A DNA stretch of 64,000 nucleotides from Akkermansia muciniphila (GTDB lineage Bacteria; Verrucomicrobiota; Verrucomicrobiia; Verrucomicrobiales; Verrucomicrobiaceae): contig CAMAZK010000001.1 in NCBI GenBank assembly GCA_945863205.1, positions 2,683-66,682 on the forward strand. The letters are read 5' to 3'. Made by a program: the position numbers and the translations under genes. Within the stretch, counting starts at the first letter, position 1. Every line of letters starts with the position of its first letter. Under the pieces are notes generated by a model. The model was given only the letters and a program-made list of their open reading frames with translations. It was not told where the DNA came from and did no database searches. Of the stretch, positions 1-9,906 are shown piece by piece.

Positions 1-381
1 AAGGCAGGCAAGCAACCAGCGGAGTCACCCGTGTATCTTGTCATCTGGCACTCATTGCTCGCCGGTGTCGAACAGGATCTCGCCAAGGCGGAGGCTAGGC
101 TCGCCGCTGTGGACCGTCTAGACCTCATCTCGTGGCTAGATGAAGCCCAGCGAGAGGCAGGCCGCTGGGCTCGGAGTTACCACAAACTCTTCAGCGATGT
201 CTCTCGCTGGCACGAGCACCTCACGCGTCCACCTGAGCCTGAAACCACGGGTCCAGACGCTGAGCGACAGCGCACCTTCCGCCGCTTTTTCTCATTGCCT
301 GATGAAATCCTCACCGCCGCCGATCCGCTAGCTGCCATTCTCGCGGCGAACAAACAGAAGGGCGATGGCGCGGATGATTGA
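1..381 (+). CDS. hypothetical protein, probably 5'-partial
   Basis: Frame is open from base 1 to the TGA ending at 381; no recognisable motif. Confidence 0.45.
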   Translation, partial: KAGKQPAESPVYLVIWHSLLAGVEQDLAKAEARLAAVDRLDLISWLDEAQREAGRWARSYHKLFSDVSRWHEHLTRPPEPETTGPDAERQRTFRRFFSLPDEILTAADPLAAILAANKQKGDGADD

Positions 382-463
382 TGTGCCTCCGACTGCGCGA
401 GCGCCTGCTGGCGGACAAACAGGTGCTTGCCGTTCCTGTCGCCAAATGAGAAAAGCCTTAGCG

Positions 464-1735
464 ATGACACGACGCACTCTTTTTGTCGCCCTTTTGGCGA
501 TCTGCTGCACGACGGAACTTTTGGCGGTCGAACCTGCAACGGCTGCCGAACGAGCCCACCGCGAGATCTGGCGTCGCTTCATCGACAAGTATGGCATCAT
601 GATCGACTTCGCGGATATGGACGGGAAGGTCTCCTTGCCGACGCCGGAGGAGTGCAAAGCTGGCAAACCGAACGCGCTGGGCTGGTGGGCGCCGATTGAA
701 AACGGGGCGATGTTCAACGGCCTCTACATGGACGCAGCGGTGAATCGCTGGAAGCGGACAAAGTCTGCTGAAGACGCCACCAAGGCCCGCAAGCTCATGG
801 AAGGCCTGCTTTTGCTAAACTCCATCAGCGAGGTGAAGGGCTTCGTGGGTCGTGGTGTGAGCACGGATGGCAAGTCGCATTACCCGATGGGCTCGAACGA
901 TCAGACAATGCCGTGGTTTCTCGGTCTGTGGCGTTATTGGGAGTCGGATCTGGCTACGCCTGAGGAGAAAGGACGCATCGCGAAGCATCTCGTCGAGACG
1001 GCGGATGAGATTGTGCGTCTGGGTTGGCAAATGCCCGCCGAGGAGCCTTTCAAAGTGCGCGGCAGCTTCAATGGCTTCCACTTTGAAGAAGCGGCGCGAA
1101 TGCTCTTCACGATGAAGATGCTGCATCGCGTCACGGGCGATGAAAAGTGGCTAACCATGTATTTGGCGGAGCTGACCAAGCGTGGCGGTGAAAAGAACCT
1201 CTCGAAGCGCGAGCTCTGTGCTGGCGGCATGGTCTTCTGGTATTCCAAGAATCACAATTGGACCTCATGCGCAGCTGTCGGCGGTCTGCGAGGCTTGTGG
1301 GAGCTGGAGACGGATGCAGAACTCAAAGCCGAATTCGCCCAAGGCCTTGTCGCGAGCGCGAAGCTGGCATCAGAGTGGCTTTCACTCGCCCAGCAGTTCG
1401 ACAATGCCGACACGAGCCATTTTGAAATGGACTGGCGGGTGATGAACAAAGACTGGAAGCCGCAGCAGACCGAGCATGAAGCGCAGGCGCTGGCCCAGGC
1501 GCAGTTGAAGAACTTCATGAAGTTGGCTCCGCGTCGCGGCAAGGAGACCGCCTTCATCCGCGAACCCTCGGCGGCGGCGTGGATCGTCTCGCTTAGCCCT
1601 GATGCGGCGCTTTTGCAGCAGCTGCGGCCCGAGGTGGAAAAGGTGATCTCACACTACGACTGCACAAAGCTCTACTACTCGCAGTTCTTCTGGGTTGAGA
1701 TGGCCTGGGAGCGGCTGCGGGCGATGGAACCGTAG
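464..1735 (+). CDS. secreted hypothetical protein, possibly (alpha/alpha)6 glycosidase-like
   Basis: Signal-peptide-like start MTRRTLFVALLAICCTTELLA at ATG 464 (ORF track starts at 365); helical, Trp-rich, contains GSNDQ. Confidence 0.6.
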   Translation: MTRRTLFVALLAICCTTELLAVEPATAAERAHREIWRRFIDKYGIMIDFADMDGKVSLPTPEECKAGKPNALGWWAPIENGAMFNGLYMDAAVNRWKRTKSAEDATKARKLMEGLLLLNSISEVKGFVGRGVSTDGKSHYPMGSNDQTMPWFLGLWRYWESDLATPEEKGRIAKHLVETADEIVRLGWQMPAEEPFKVRGSFNGFHFEEAARMLFTMKMLHRVTGDEKWLTMYLAELTKRGGEKNLSKRELCAGGMVFWYSKNHNWTSCAAVGGLRGLWELETDAELKAEFAQGLVASAKLASEWLSLAQQFDNADTSHFEMDWRVMNKDWKPQQTEHEAQALAQAQLKNFMKLAPRRGKETAFIREPSAAAWIVSLSPDAALLQQLRPEVEKVISHYDCTKLYYSQFFWVEMAWERLRAMEP

Positions 1736-1995
1736 CGTGCTCCCCTGCCTGCGGGTCTGTGCATGAGGGAATCGTCGCTCTCGCCTCCCGTTGGGCATTG
1801 CGATGCTGTAGGCTGTGCTGCCGCGCACGCAGTCGGAAAGGAAGAACTCGCCGTAGTCGCCACGTTCTGGCGGGACGCACTTGTCGGTCGGAGCATAGTG
1901 GCCAGCTCGCTCCCGCGTGTTCACGCAGACTCGCGACGGCTCCGGCATTCGGAAGCGGGTCGTGACAAAGGGAGCGCTGTGCGCCGAGGCTCAGG

Positions 1996-2922
1996 CTAGA
2001 CCGCGCTCGCCGCCGCGATCATGCGGTCAAACTGACGCTCGACTTCGCGCGTCGTCTCCGCATCGAGTTTGAAGCCCACAGGGCCGCGGACGAGGGTGTT
2101 TTTGAAGATGCCCTGACGGACGAGTAGATGCTTTTCGACGGCGAGGAAGCCGTCGAGGCTGGTCTGCATGGAAATCAGCGCGGAGAGCGGGCCGTGGATT
2201 CGATCGGCTTTTTCGGTGTCTCCGAATTCGAGCGCCTTCCAAAGCGGCACGAGACCGCGAATCAGATCCGCACCCGGCATCGTGCCCACCACGCCGCGTT
2301 TGAAGGAATCGACGAGCGCGATGCCGCCTGTGCCTTCGAAGACGCGGGCGCGGCCTTGGGTGGCATCGCGAAGTTCGCTGAGTTTCGGGCCGATGGGCGA
2401 GGCTTCGGGCTTGTACTGCACGCGCCCGGGTCCGAATTCGTCGAGCAACCTCGCCTGCATCGCGATGGGCATCGGTTTGCCGACGTAGCCGCTGGCGTCC
2501 TGCACGATGACGGGGATCTGGATCGCCTGAATGATGCGCGTGTAATACGCGAGCAATTCGCTTTCGCCGATCCCGATGGAAACCGGCGGAATCGCCATCA
2601 CCGCATCCGCGCCGACGCCTTCCGCATGCTTCGCGTAGCGTTCGGCAACTTTGGAGGATTCGGCACCGACGCTGATGACGACCACGCCCCGTTCTTTGCC
2701 GAAGCGGCAGGCAGCGGCGGCGAGCTGCTCGCGCTCCTCGCTGTCGAGGCGCAGCGTTTCGGAAACCATCGCCATCACGATGCCGTTCGCGCCACAGTCG
2801 TAGAGCCAGGCAATCTCGCGTTCGAGCGTGTCGAGGTCGAGCGTTTCATCGTCGTGCCAGGGCGTTTGGAAAACGGGCAGCACGCCGCGGAGTGGGTGCG
2901 ATGTAGTCATGTTGTGCATCAT
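1996..2922 (-). CDS. dihydrodipicolinate synthase (DHDPS/NAL) family aldolase
   Basis: LRGVLPVFQTPW N-terminus, GADAVMAIPP, Schiff-base Lys in YKPEA. Start could be 2910. Confidence 0.85.
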   Translation of the reverse strand: MMHNMTTSHPLRGVLPVFQTPWHDDETLDLDTLEREIAWLYDCGANGIVMAMVSETLRLDSEEREQLAAAACRFGKERGVVVISVGAESSKVAERYAKHAEGVGADAVMAIPPVSIGIGESELLAYYTRIIQAIQIPVIVQDASGYVGKPMPIAMQARLLDEFGPGRVQYKPEASPIGPKLSELRDATQGRARVFEGTGGIALVDSFKRGVVGTMPGADLIRGLVPLWKALEFGDTEKADRIHGPLSALISMQTSLDGFLAVEKHLLVRQGIFKNTLVRGPVGFKLDAETTREVERQFDRMIAAASAV

Positions 2923-4061
2923 TTTGAAGTGATTCGCTCCACCAACGTGTCCAGCGTGATGAATTCCACCTTCAAGCCGCCATATTCGCGGGCGAAAGCT
3001 GGTTTCGCATCCGTAGCGACAACGACCAGCGTGGCCTTCGGATACGATTTGGCAAAGATCTGGAAATTCGTGGCATCAAAGTCTCGCGCCGACCATTTGC
3101 ACTCGATGGCCGTCACCGTCTTGCCTCGCGGCTGCCAGATGAAGTCGATCTCGTGCCCCTGCTTGTCCCGCCAGTAGTGCAGGCTGGAGATTGGCACGCG
3201 GGCACTCATCTCGTTCAGCACATACTGCTCCCACAGTCGGCCGCGATCGTCGCTCCGCAGCTCGCTCCAGCCGCGGTGGGCGCAGACGAAGCCTGTGTCG
3301 AAACCATACACTTTTGGCGCGGCCACGATCTCGTTCGACAGGCGTGTGCTAAACGGGCGCAGCACCAGCGCCACCGACGTAGCCTCCAGGACGCCGAGGT
3401 AGTTCATGATCGTCTGACGAGCCACCTCACACGGAGCCGCGAATTTCGTCGCCTCAAAAATGCCGCCGCTTTGCGCGATGAGCAGTTCGACAAACTTCTG
3501 AAACGACACACGCTTCTCAAGCCGGAAGAGTTCCTGGATGTCTTTGGCCCAGTAGGCGTCCATCCACTCCTGAAAATCCCGCTCCGGCGGCTCGGGAGAT
3601 AGAAAGAACGGCGGCAGCCCGCCGTGCAGCAGGCGCCGATTCAAGTCACCGCTGTCAAAATCCTCCAGATCAGCCTCGATCATCGGCGTGAGCCACAGCT
3701 CGGTCTTCCGCCCCGCCAGCGTGTCGCGGAAACGGCTGCTCGCCCCCAGCGTCGAGGAGCCCGTCGCCAGCACTCGCGTCCCTGGAAAGTGATCCGCAGC
3801 GATCTTCAGCAACTCGGAGGGATTCGGCAGCCGATGCACCTCATCCAGCACGATGCGTCGCCCTTTCACGCTCTTCAAAAATGCCTCAGGGTCCTCCATC
3901 GCACGGCGCACTCGTGGCAGCTCGCAGTCGAAATACTCCACGCCATCCAGCGATTGGGCGAGCGAAGTCTTCCCGGCACGCCGCACCCCACGCAGCCACA
4001 GGATGGGCCGCGTTTTCCACTGCTTTTCGATGCATTCGAGCCAGAATCGCCGCCTAACCAT
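2919..4061 (-). CDS. AAA_14 ATPase with DUF4143 / PD-(D/E)xK C-terminus
   Basis: Walker A GVRRAGKT, Walker B VLDEVH, TGSS, GGLP, C-terminal EIDFI...AIECKW. Confidence 0.85.
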   Translation of the reverse strand: MVRRRFWLECIEKQWKTRPILWLRGVRRAGKTSLAQSLDGVEYFDCELPRVRRAMEDPEAFLKSVKGRRIVLDEVHRLPNPSELLKIAADHFPGTRVLATGSSTLGASSRFRDTLAGRKTELWLTPMIEADLEDFDSGDLNRRLLHGGLPPFFLSPEPPERDFQEWMDAYWAKDIQELFRLEKRVSFQKFVELLIAQSGGIFEATKFAAPCEVARQTIMNYLGVLEATSVALVLRPFSTRLSNEIVAAPKVYGFDTGFVCAHRGWSELRSDDRGRLWEQYVLNEMSARVPISSLHYWRDKQGHEIDFIWQPRGKTVTAIECKWSARDFDATNFQIFAKSYPKATLVVVATDAKPAFAREYGGLKVEFITLDTLVERITSK

Positions 4062-4075
4062 GCGACAACACGTTA

Positions 4076-4096
4076 GCGTTTAGTTTAACCAAACGC
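4076..4096. promoter_or_regulatory. imperfect palindrome upstream of the ATPase gene (candidate operator)
   Basis: GCGTTTAGTT-T-AACCAAACGC; a further half-site CGTTTGGCT at about 4109-4117. Confidence 0.4.
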
Positions 4097-4124
4097 AATT
4101 GGGGATTACGTTTGGCTGAGCTCT

Positions 4125-4904
4125 TCACCACAACAGCTTCCCGCCATCCAGCACCAAAACACTGCCGGTCATGAAGCTGCTGGCATCGCTGGCGAGGTAG
4201 AGGGCGAGCGGACCGATTTCTCCGGGCCGGCCCCAGCGGCCCATGGGGATGCTGGAGGCGACTTCGCCTTCGAACTCGGGCTTCTCGCCGATCCAGCGCT
4301 TGTTCGCGGCGGTCAAAAACGGGCCGGGGGCGATCGCGTTGACCGTGACACCATGCACGGCCCAGTCGGCGGCGACGGCTTTCGTAAACATGGTGAGCGC
4401 GCCTTTGGAGGTTTCGTAGCTGCGGCCGCGCATCGCCTTGCCGGGCCAGAGGGCGTTGATGGAGGAGATGTTGATGATGCGGCCCCATTTTCGCGGGATC
4501 ATGGCACCACCGATGCGTTTGGTGAGAATGAAGGCCTGCGTGAGGTTCAAATCGATGATGCGCTGCCAGTCTTCGAGCGCGAGGTCCTCCGTGGGCGTGT
4601 TGATGCGGCGCCCGCCGACGTTGTTGATGAGGATGTCGATGGGCGCGTGCTCGTTCAGCACGACATCGCAAAGGCGTTCGGCTTCTTCGGGCTTCGAGAG
4701 GTCGGCAACGATGGAGGTGACGTGCAAATCCTCGCTGCAGAGTTCTTCGCAGGCGTGGTGCAGATGTTCCGCATTCGATCCGGCAATGACTACGGTCGCT
4801 CCGGCCTCGCCCAGAGCGCGCGCCATTTCAAAACCGAGGCCACGCGAACCTCCGGTGATGAAGGCTCGGCGGCCGGTGAGGTTGAAGCGATCGAGAATGG
4901 GCAT
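4125..4904 (-). CDS. SDR family oxidoreductase (gluconate 5-dehydrogenase-like)
   Basis: TGGSRGLG, NNVG, YETSK catalytic motif, C-terminal DGG. Confidence 0.9.
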   Translation of the reverse strand: MPILDRFNLTGRRAFITGGSRGLGFEMARALGEAGATVVIAGSNAEHLHHACEELCSEDLHVTSIVADLSKPEEAERLCDVVLNEHAPIDILINNVGGRRINTPTEDLALEDWQRIIDLNLTQAFILTKRIGGAMIPRKWGRIINISSINALWPGKAMRGRSYETSKGALTMFTKAVAADWAVHGVTVNAIAPGPFLTAANKRWIGEKPEFEGEVASSIPMGRWGRPGEIGPLALYLASDASSFMTGSVLVLDGGKLLW

Positions 4905-4956
4905 GGAAATGGGAATCGTTGAAGTGAACCGAGTCTTTCAGCCGTTTCCTTCGGGC

Positions 4957-6041
4957 ATGAAGCGATTCATCCTCCCGACGCTGCTGTGCCTGATCGCAGG
5001 ATCTTTGCACGCCAAAGCCCCGAACATCTTCCTCATGTGCGCCGACAACATCGGCTACGGCGATCTTGGCTGCTACGGCAACATCGGCATCAAGACGCCA
5101 CGCATCGACCAACTCGCTGCTGAGGCGGCGCTTTGCACCGGCTTCTACGTCGTCAGCTCCACATGAACCGTTTCGCGTGGGGCACTGCTCACGGGAAGGC
5201 ACGCGGCGCGCTACGGGCTGGTGAAACAGCTTGGGCCGGAGGAGAACTGGCACGGGATCGGCCTGCAGCATCGCGAGCGCATCCTGCCGCAGTATTTGAA
5301 GGAGGCGGGCTACGGCACGGCCTGCTTCGGCAAATGGAACATCGGCTTTGCCAAAGGCAGCCGGCCGACGGACCGCGGCTTCGACGAGTTCTTCGGCTGC
5401 CGCTCGGGGAACATCAATTACTTCACGCACACCTACCACGGAAAGTACGACATGTTCCTCGGCACCGAGCTGCACAAGGTCGAAGGCTACAGCACAGACC
5501 TCTTTGCGGATGTGACCTGCGACTACACCAGCAGGGCCTGCGCGAACACACGCTCGTCATGTTCATCTCCGACATGGGTGCCATCCTGCGCCCCACGCAC
5601 GGCTTCAACTCGGCCTCCAACTTCCCCTTCCGCGACGGCGCACCCTCCATGTATGAAGGCAGCATCCGCGTGCCCGCGATCTTTCGCTGGCCGGGAAAAA
5701 TCAAGGCGGGCGTCGCATCGAAGGCGGTGCTCACGCATCTCGACGTGCTGCCGATGTACCTGAATGCCGCCGGCGTTCTGACACCGAAAGACCGCATCCT
5801 CGACGGTCGCGATCAGCTCGCTGCGCTGAACGGCGACTCATCACCGCACAAGTTCATCGTGAGCCAGCTCGGCGGGGCCATCGCCCTGCGCGAAGGAAGA
5901 TGGAAGATGGAGAGCAGCGCCGCGAACACGCCATGGGACCTCTACGACCTCGAAACCAATGCCATCGAGTCCTTCAACCTCGCTGCCAAACGTCCCAAAG
6001 ACCTCGAACGCCTCGTCACGCTGCACGCGCAATGGAAGTAG
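4957..6041 (+). pseudogene. arylsulfatase-family pseudogene (in-frame TGA at catalytic Cys plus internal deletion/frameshift)
   Basis: Signal peptide, PNIFLMCADNIGYGDLG, then SST[TGA 5164-5166]TVSRGALLTGR, GKWNIG, RGFDEFFG. Frame switches at about 5525-5532 into GLREHTLVMFISDMG...YEGSIRVP. Confidence 0.85.
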
Positions 6042-6101
6042 GACGTGAAGCGTGACGCCAGTTCGCCGGAGCGGTATGTGCCGGGGACGAAGTAGGCTCG
6101 A

Positions 6102-7079
6102 TCACGCCGCCTTCGGCGCACGGATGTGGGCCCAGCAGTGGACGTGGGGATCGCCGCGGAAGATCCAGATCATGTTCGGGCCTTCGATCTGCCAGACGTC
6201 CCAGACGCCGTCGTTGCCGACGTCCTGCTTCTTGAAGAAGGCCATGTGCAGGTTGTCGATGCCGCCGGCTTCAATGTATTTCATGGATTCTTCGCGCTCG
6301 GACTGGCGGAAGGGCTTCAGCAGATCGGCGATGACCTTTTTGACGAGATCCTTCTGGTCAGCGGTCATTTCGGACAGGCGGATGCCTTCGAGACCCTTGG
6401 TCTTGCCGGTGAGCTTCACGGTGTCGTTGCCTTCTTCGTCGCGGGATTCGCCGAGGAGCGCCATGTCGCGTTGCTTGCCGTCGAGCGCCTGGAAGACTTC
6501 GTTCGCACGCTTGGCCTGATACCAGTAGGCGTTGCCCGGATGGCCGGGCTTTTCGTTGAAGCCTTGAGCGGCGTGGCCGTAAAAGATCGGGCCGCCGAAG
6601 GCCGCGCCTTTTTCGCTGTCGCCGTCGCAGCGGCGGGTGCAGTGGCGGCCGGTGAGCACGAACTCGAACTGGCTGGTGCCGGGCTCGCCAAAGAGTGCGA
6701 TGGAAGCGCTGCCGAAGCCGCCGTCACGCTTGTTGTCTTGGTCAAACTGACGCCAGACCTCGGCCTTGTACTCGTCGCTGTGCAGTTTGTCGAAAATTTC
6801 GCGCACCAAGTCCTGCTGCTCGGCCTTGAGCACGTCTCGGATCTTCTGCGGCGTGATGTGCCAGTTGTTATCGACTTTGAGGCGACGTGGATCGCTCCAC
6901 GCGAAGCAGAGCGTCTTGCGCTGCGCCTCGTCCATGCTGCCGTAGAGCTGCTGGACGAGCGTTTCGGAGGTGGCATCCTTGGTTTCCGCCAGAGCGGAGC
7001 CCAGGAAGCCGGCGGCGACGGCTTGCGCACTGCGGGTGATGATTTCGCGACGGGAGAGGGCGGTGGGGAACGTGTTCAT
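6102..7079 (-). CDS. DUF3500 domain protein with Tat-like signal
   Basis: LSRREII twin-arginine start, FGGPIFYGH, C-terminal PHVHCW. Confidence 0.7.
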   Translation of the reverse strand: MNTFPTALSRREIITRSAQAVAAGFLGSALAETKDATSETLVQQLYGSMDEAQRKTLCFAWSDPRRLKVDNNWHITPQKIRDVLKAEQQDLVREIFDKLHSDEYKAEVWRQFDQDNKRDGGFGSASIALFGEPGTSQFEFVLTGRHCTRRCDGDSEKGAAFGGPIFYGHAAQGFNEKPGHPGNAYWYQAKRANEVFQALDGKQRDMALLGESRDEEGNDTVKLTGKTKGLEGIRLSEMTADQKDLVKKVIADLLKPFRQSEREESMKYIEAGGIDNLHMAFFKKQDVGNDGVWDVWQIEGPNMIWIFRGDPHVHCWAHIRAPKAA

Positions 7080-7221
7080 GGCGGGTTTGTATCAAACGCC
7101 GCCCGGGAACGGAAGTTTTGTTTTCGGGCGAGGTTTGATCGCCACGGGGCATGGAGGCGATGCTGAAATGGTATTGTCCGGAGACGTATCGACGGCGAGT
7201 TTCGAGCGTATCTCTTCCACC

Positions 7222-8484
7222 ATGAAAATGAACAGTGAAAACGAAGTCCTCATCATCGGCGGCGGTCCTGCGGGGACCAGCACGGCGGCCATTCTCGCTG
7301 AACACGGCCACAAAGTGCTCGTGATTGAGCGGGAGAAGTTTCCACGGTATCATGTCGGCGAATCGCTGATCCCGTTCACTTTTGGACCGCTGGAGCGGCT
7401 GGGGCTGATCCCGACGATGAAGAAGTCGCACTTCACGAAGAAGTTCAGCGTGAGTTTTGTGCAGCCGGACGGGCGGCGCTCGCAGCCGTTTTACTTTTTC
7501 AATCGCTACGATCGCGAAACGGTGGCGCAGACCTGGCAGGTGATGCGTTCGGAATTTGACCAGATGCTGATGGAGCACGCGCGGTCCAAAGGCGCCGAGG
7601 TGCGCGAGGAAACGACGGTGAGGCAGCTTCTCAAAGACGACAGTGGCAGGATCATCGGTGTCGAGGTGCAGAACAAAGACGGCAGCAAGGAGCATCTGCT
7701 CGCGAAGCTCGTGATCGACGCCTCGGGCAAGGAAGCCTTTGCCTCCGTGCGCGAGGGCTGGCGTGTGGGCGATCCGTATCTGAACAAGGTCGCCGTGTGG
7801 ACCTACTACAAAGGATCAAAGCGCGAGAGCGGCATCGACGAAGGCGGGACGACGATCGCCTTCGTGCCGGACAAGGGCTGGTTTTGGCATATCCCAATGC
7901 ATGACGACATGGTCAGCGTCGGCGTCGTGGCCGAAGGCAAGTATTTGAGCCGCGACGGCGTGAAGGACCCCAAAGCGATGTTCGAGCGCGAGATCGGCGA
8001 GAACCAATGGATAAAAGAGCATCTTTCAGAAGGCGCCTGCACCGGTGAATTCTGGATCACCAGCGAGTACACGCGCTACGCGAAGTATGGCGCTTCGCCG
8101 GGCCTGCTTCTCGTGGGAGATGCGTACGCCTTCCTGGATCCCGTTTTCAGCAGCGGTGTGTTGCTGGCGCTGAAAAGCGGCGTGCTGGCCGGAGACGCCG
8201 TGCATGCGGCGCTGGTGGCGGGCGATCTCTCTCCGCAGCGCTTCGCGGGATACGCGGGCACCATGCGCCAGGGCCTCGATAACATGCGCAAGCTGATCTA
8301 TGCCTTCTACAACCCGAGTTTCTCCTTCAAGGACGTCGTGATGAAGTATCCCGAGGCCGGCGGCGAAATCACCGACTGCCTCAGCGGCGACGTGAATAAG
8401 GACTACTCGTCTCTCTGGGAGAAGATCCGCGAGTTCGCGCCGATCCCCGACGAGCTGCCCTATGGCGTGCCGATGGCGGCGTGA
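7222..8484 (+). CDS. flavin-dependent halogenase-like FAD oxidoreductase
   Basis: GGGPAG, FPRYHVGESL, WFWHIP (WxWxIP), GDAYAFLDPVFSSGV. Confidence 0.8.
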   Translation: MKMNSENEVLIIGGGPAGTSTAAILAEHGHKVLVIEREKFPRYHVGESLIPFTFGPLERLGLIPTMKKSHFTKKFSVSFVQPDGRRSQPFYFFNRYDRETVAQTWQVMRSEFDQMLMEHARSKGAEVREETTVRQLLKDDSGRIIGVEVQNKDGSKEHLLAKLVIDASGKEAFASVREGWRVGDPYLNKVAVWTYYKGSKRESGIDEGGTTIAFVPDKGWFWHIPMHDDMVSVGVVAEGKYLSRDGVKDPKAMFEREIGENQWIKEHLSEGACTGEFWITSEYTRYAKYGASPGLLLVGDAYAFLDPVFSSGVLLALKSGVLAGDAVHAALVAGDLSPQRFAGYAGTMRQGLDNMRKLIYAFYNPSFSFKDVVMKYPEAGGEITDCLSGDVNKDYSSLWEKIREFAPIPDELPYGVPMAA

Positions 8485-9906
8485 TCACACCAGCACGTCC
8501 TTCACCACCTTCGCTGGTTCCACGCCGGTGAGACGGAAGTCGAGGCCCTGGCTGCGGAAGGTGAAGCGTTCGTGGTCGATGCCGAGCTGGTGCATCACGG
8601 TGGCGTGCAGGTCGTGCACGTGGACGGGATTTTCGGCGACGTTGTAGCTGAAGTCGTCGGTCGCACCGTAAGTCATGCCGGGTTTCACACCGCCACCGGC
8701 CATCCACATCGTGAAGCAGCGCGGATGATGATCGCGACCGGCTTCCGGGCTGTCCCACTTGCCTTGTCCTGCGACGCCACGGCCGAATTCACCGCCCCAG
8801 ATGACGAGCGTGTCTTCGAGGAGGCCGCGCTGTTTGAGATCTTTGATCAAAGCGGCGCTCGGCTGATCCGTGTCACGACAACGCGCGGTGCACCAGCTCG
8901 GCAGGCGGCTGTGATGATCCCAGTCGGGATGGAAAAGCTGGATGAAGCGCACACCGCGCTCCGCGAGACGACGCGCGAGGATGCAGTTCGCCGCGTAGCT
9001 CCCGGCACGGCGCGAGTCGGGGCCGTACATTTCGAAAACGTGATCCGGCTCATCACCGAGGTCGGTCAGTTCCGGCACGCTGGCTTGCATGCGGTAAGCC
9101 ATTTCATACTGGCGGATTCGCGTGGTGATTTCCGGGTCCTGCGTCTGCTCGAAACGCATCTGATTCAGCTCTGCGAGGCCATCGAGCATGCCACGGCGCA
9201 AATGACGCGGCAGGCCTTCGGGATCGGTGAGATAGAGCACGGGGTCCTTCGAATTGCGCAGCTTCACGCCTTGATAACGACTCGGCAGGAAGCCGCTGCC
9301 CCAGTAGTGATCGTAGAGCGGCTGATCGCTCGGACGCTGCATCTTCGAGATGAGAACGAGGTAGTCGGGCAGGTTTTGATTCAGGCTGCCGAGGCCGTAG
9401 CTGATCCACGAACCCATGCTCGGGCGACCGGGAAGCTGATGCCCGGTCAAAAACTTCGTCATCGCTGGCGCGTGGTTGATTTGATCCGTCGTCATCGACT
9501 TGATGAAGCACACATCATCCGCCACGCCCTGCAGATGCGGCAGCCATTCGCTGATCGTCGCGCCGCTCTGGCCGCAGCGGGAGAATTTCGTGATGCCCGG
9601 CAGGATGAGCTGCTTTTGGTTCGCCGTCATCGTCGTCAGCCGCTGGCCCTGGCGCACCGATTCCGGCAGTTCCTTGCCCGCCCACTGCATCAAGCCCGGT
9701 TTGTGATCAAACAACTCCAGCTGCGACGGCCCGCCTGACTGCGTGAGGAAGATGACCCGCTTCGCCTTCGGCGCGAGATGCGGCAATCCGGGCAAACCGG
9801 ACGATTCGCGCTGCCCCATCGCTTGAAGCGCCATTGCGCCGACGGAGACGTCGGTGCATTGGCCGAGGAAATAGCGGCGTGTGGTGTGGAGAGAGGATTC
9901 ACTCAT
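8485..9906 (-). CDS. DUF1501 domain protein
   Basis: KAKRVIFLTQSGGPSQLELFDHKP, GGEFGR, GRDHHP, HVHDLHAT. Confidence 0.9.
   Translation of the reverse strand: MSESSLHTTRRYFLGQCTDVSVGAMALQAMGQRESSGLPGLPHLAPKAKRVIFLTQSGGPSQLELFDHKPGLMQWAGKELPESVRQGQRLTTMTANQKQLILPGITKFSRCGQSGATISEWLPHLQGVADDVCFIKSMTTDQINHAPAMTKFLTGHQLPGRPSMGSWISYGLGSLNQNLPDYLVLISKMQRPSDQPLYDHYWGSGFLPSRYQGVKLRNSKDPVLYLTDPEGLPRHLRRGMLDGLAELNQMRFEQTQDPEITTRIRQYEMAYRMQASVPELTDLGDEPDHVFEMYGPDSRRAGSYAANCILARRLAERGVRFIQLFHPDWDHHSRLPSWCTARCRDTDQPSAALIKDLKQRGLLEDTLVIWGGEFGRGVAGQGKWDSPEAGRDHHPRCFTMWMAGGGVKPGMTYGATDDFSYNVAENPVHVHDLHATVMHQLGIDHERFTFRSQGLDFRLTGVEPAKVVKDVLV

Noticed and set aside
1736-1995. 260-bp spacer between convergent genes as possible ncRNA or repeat
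   Set aside because: Only short, weak dyads; no recognisable RNA family or convincing ORF.
6970-7221. N-terminal extension of the halogenase-like ORF
   Set aside because: Overlaps the divergent DUF3500 gene; family similarity begins near 7222.
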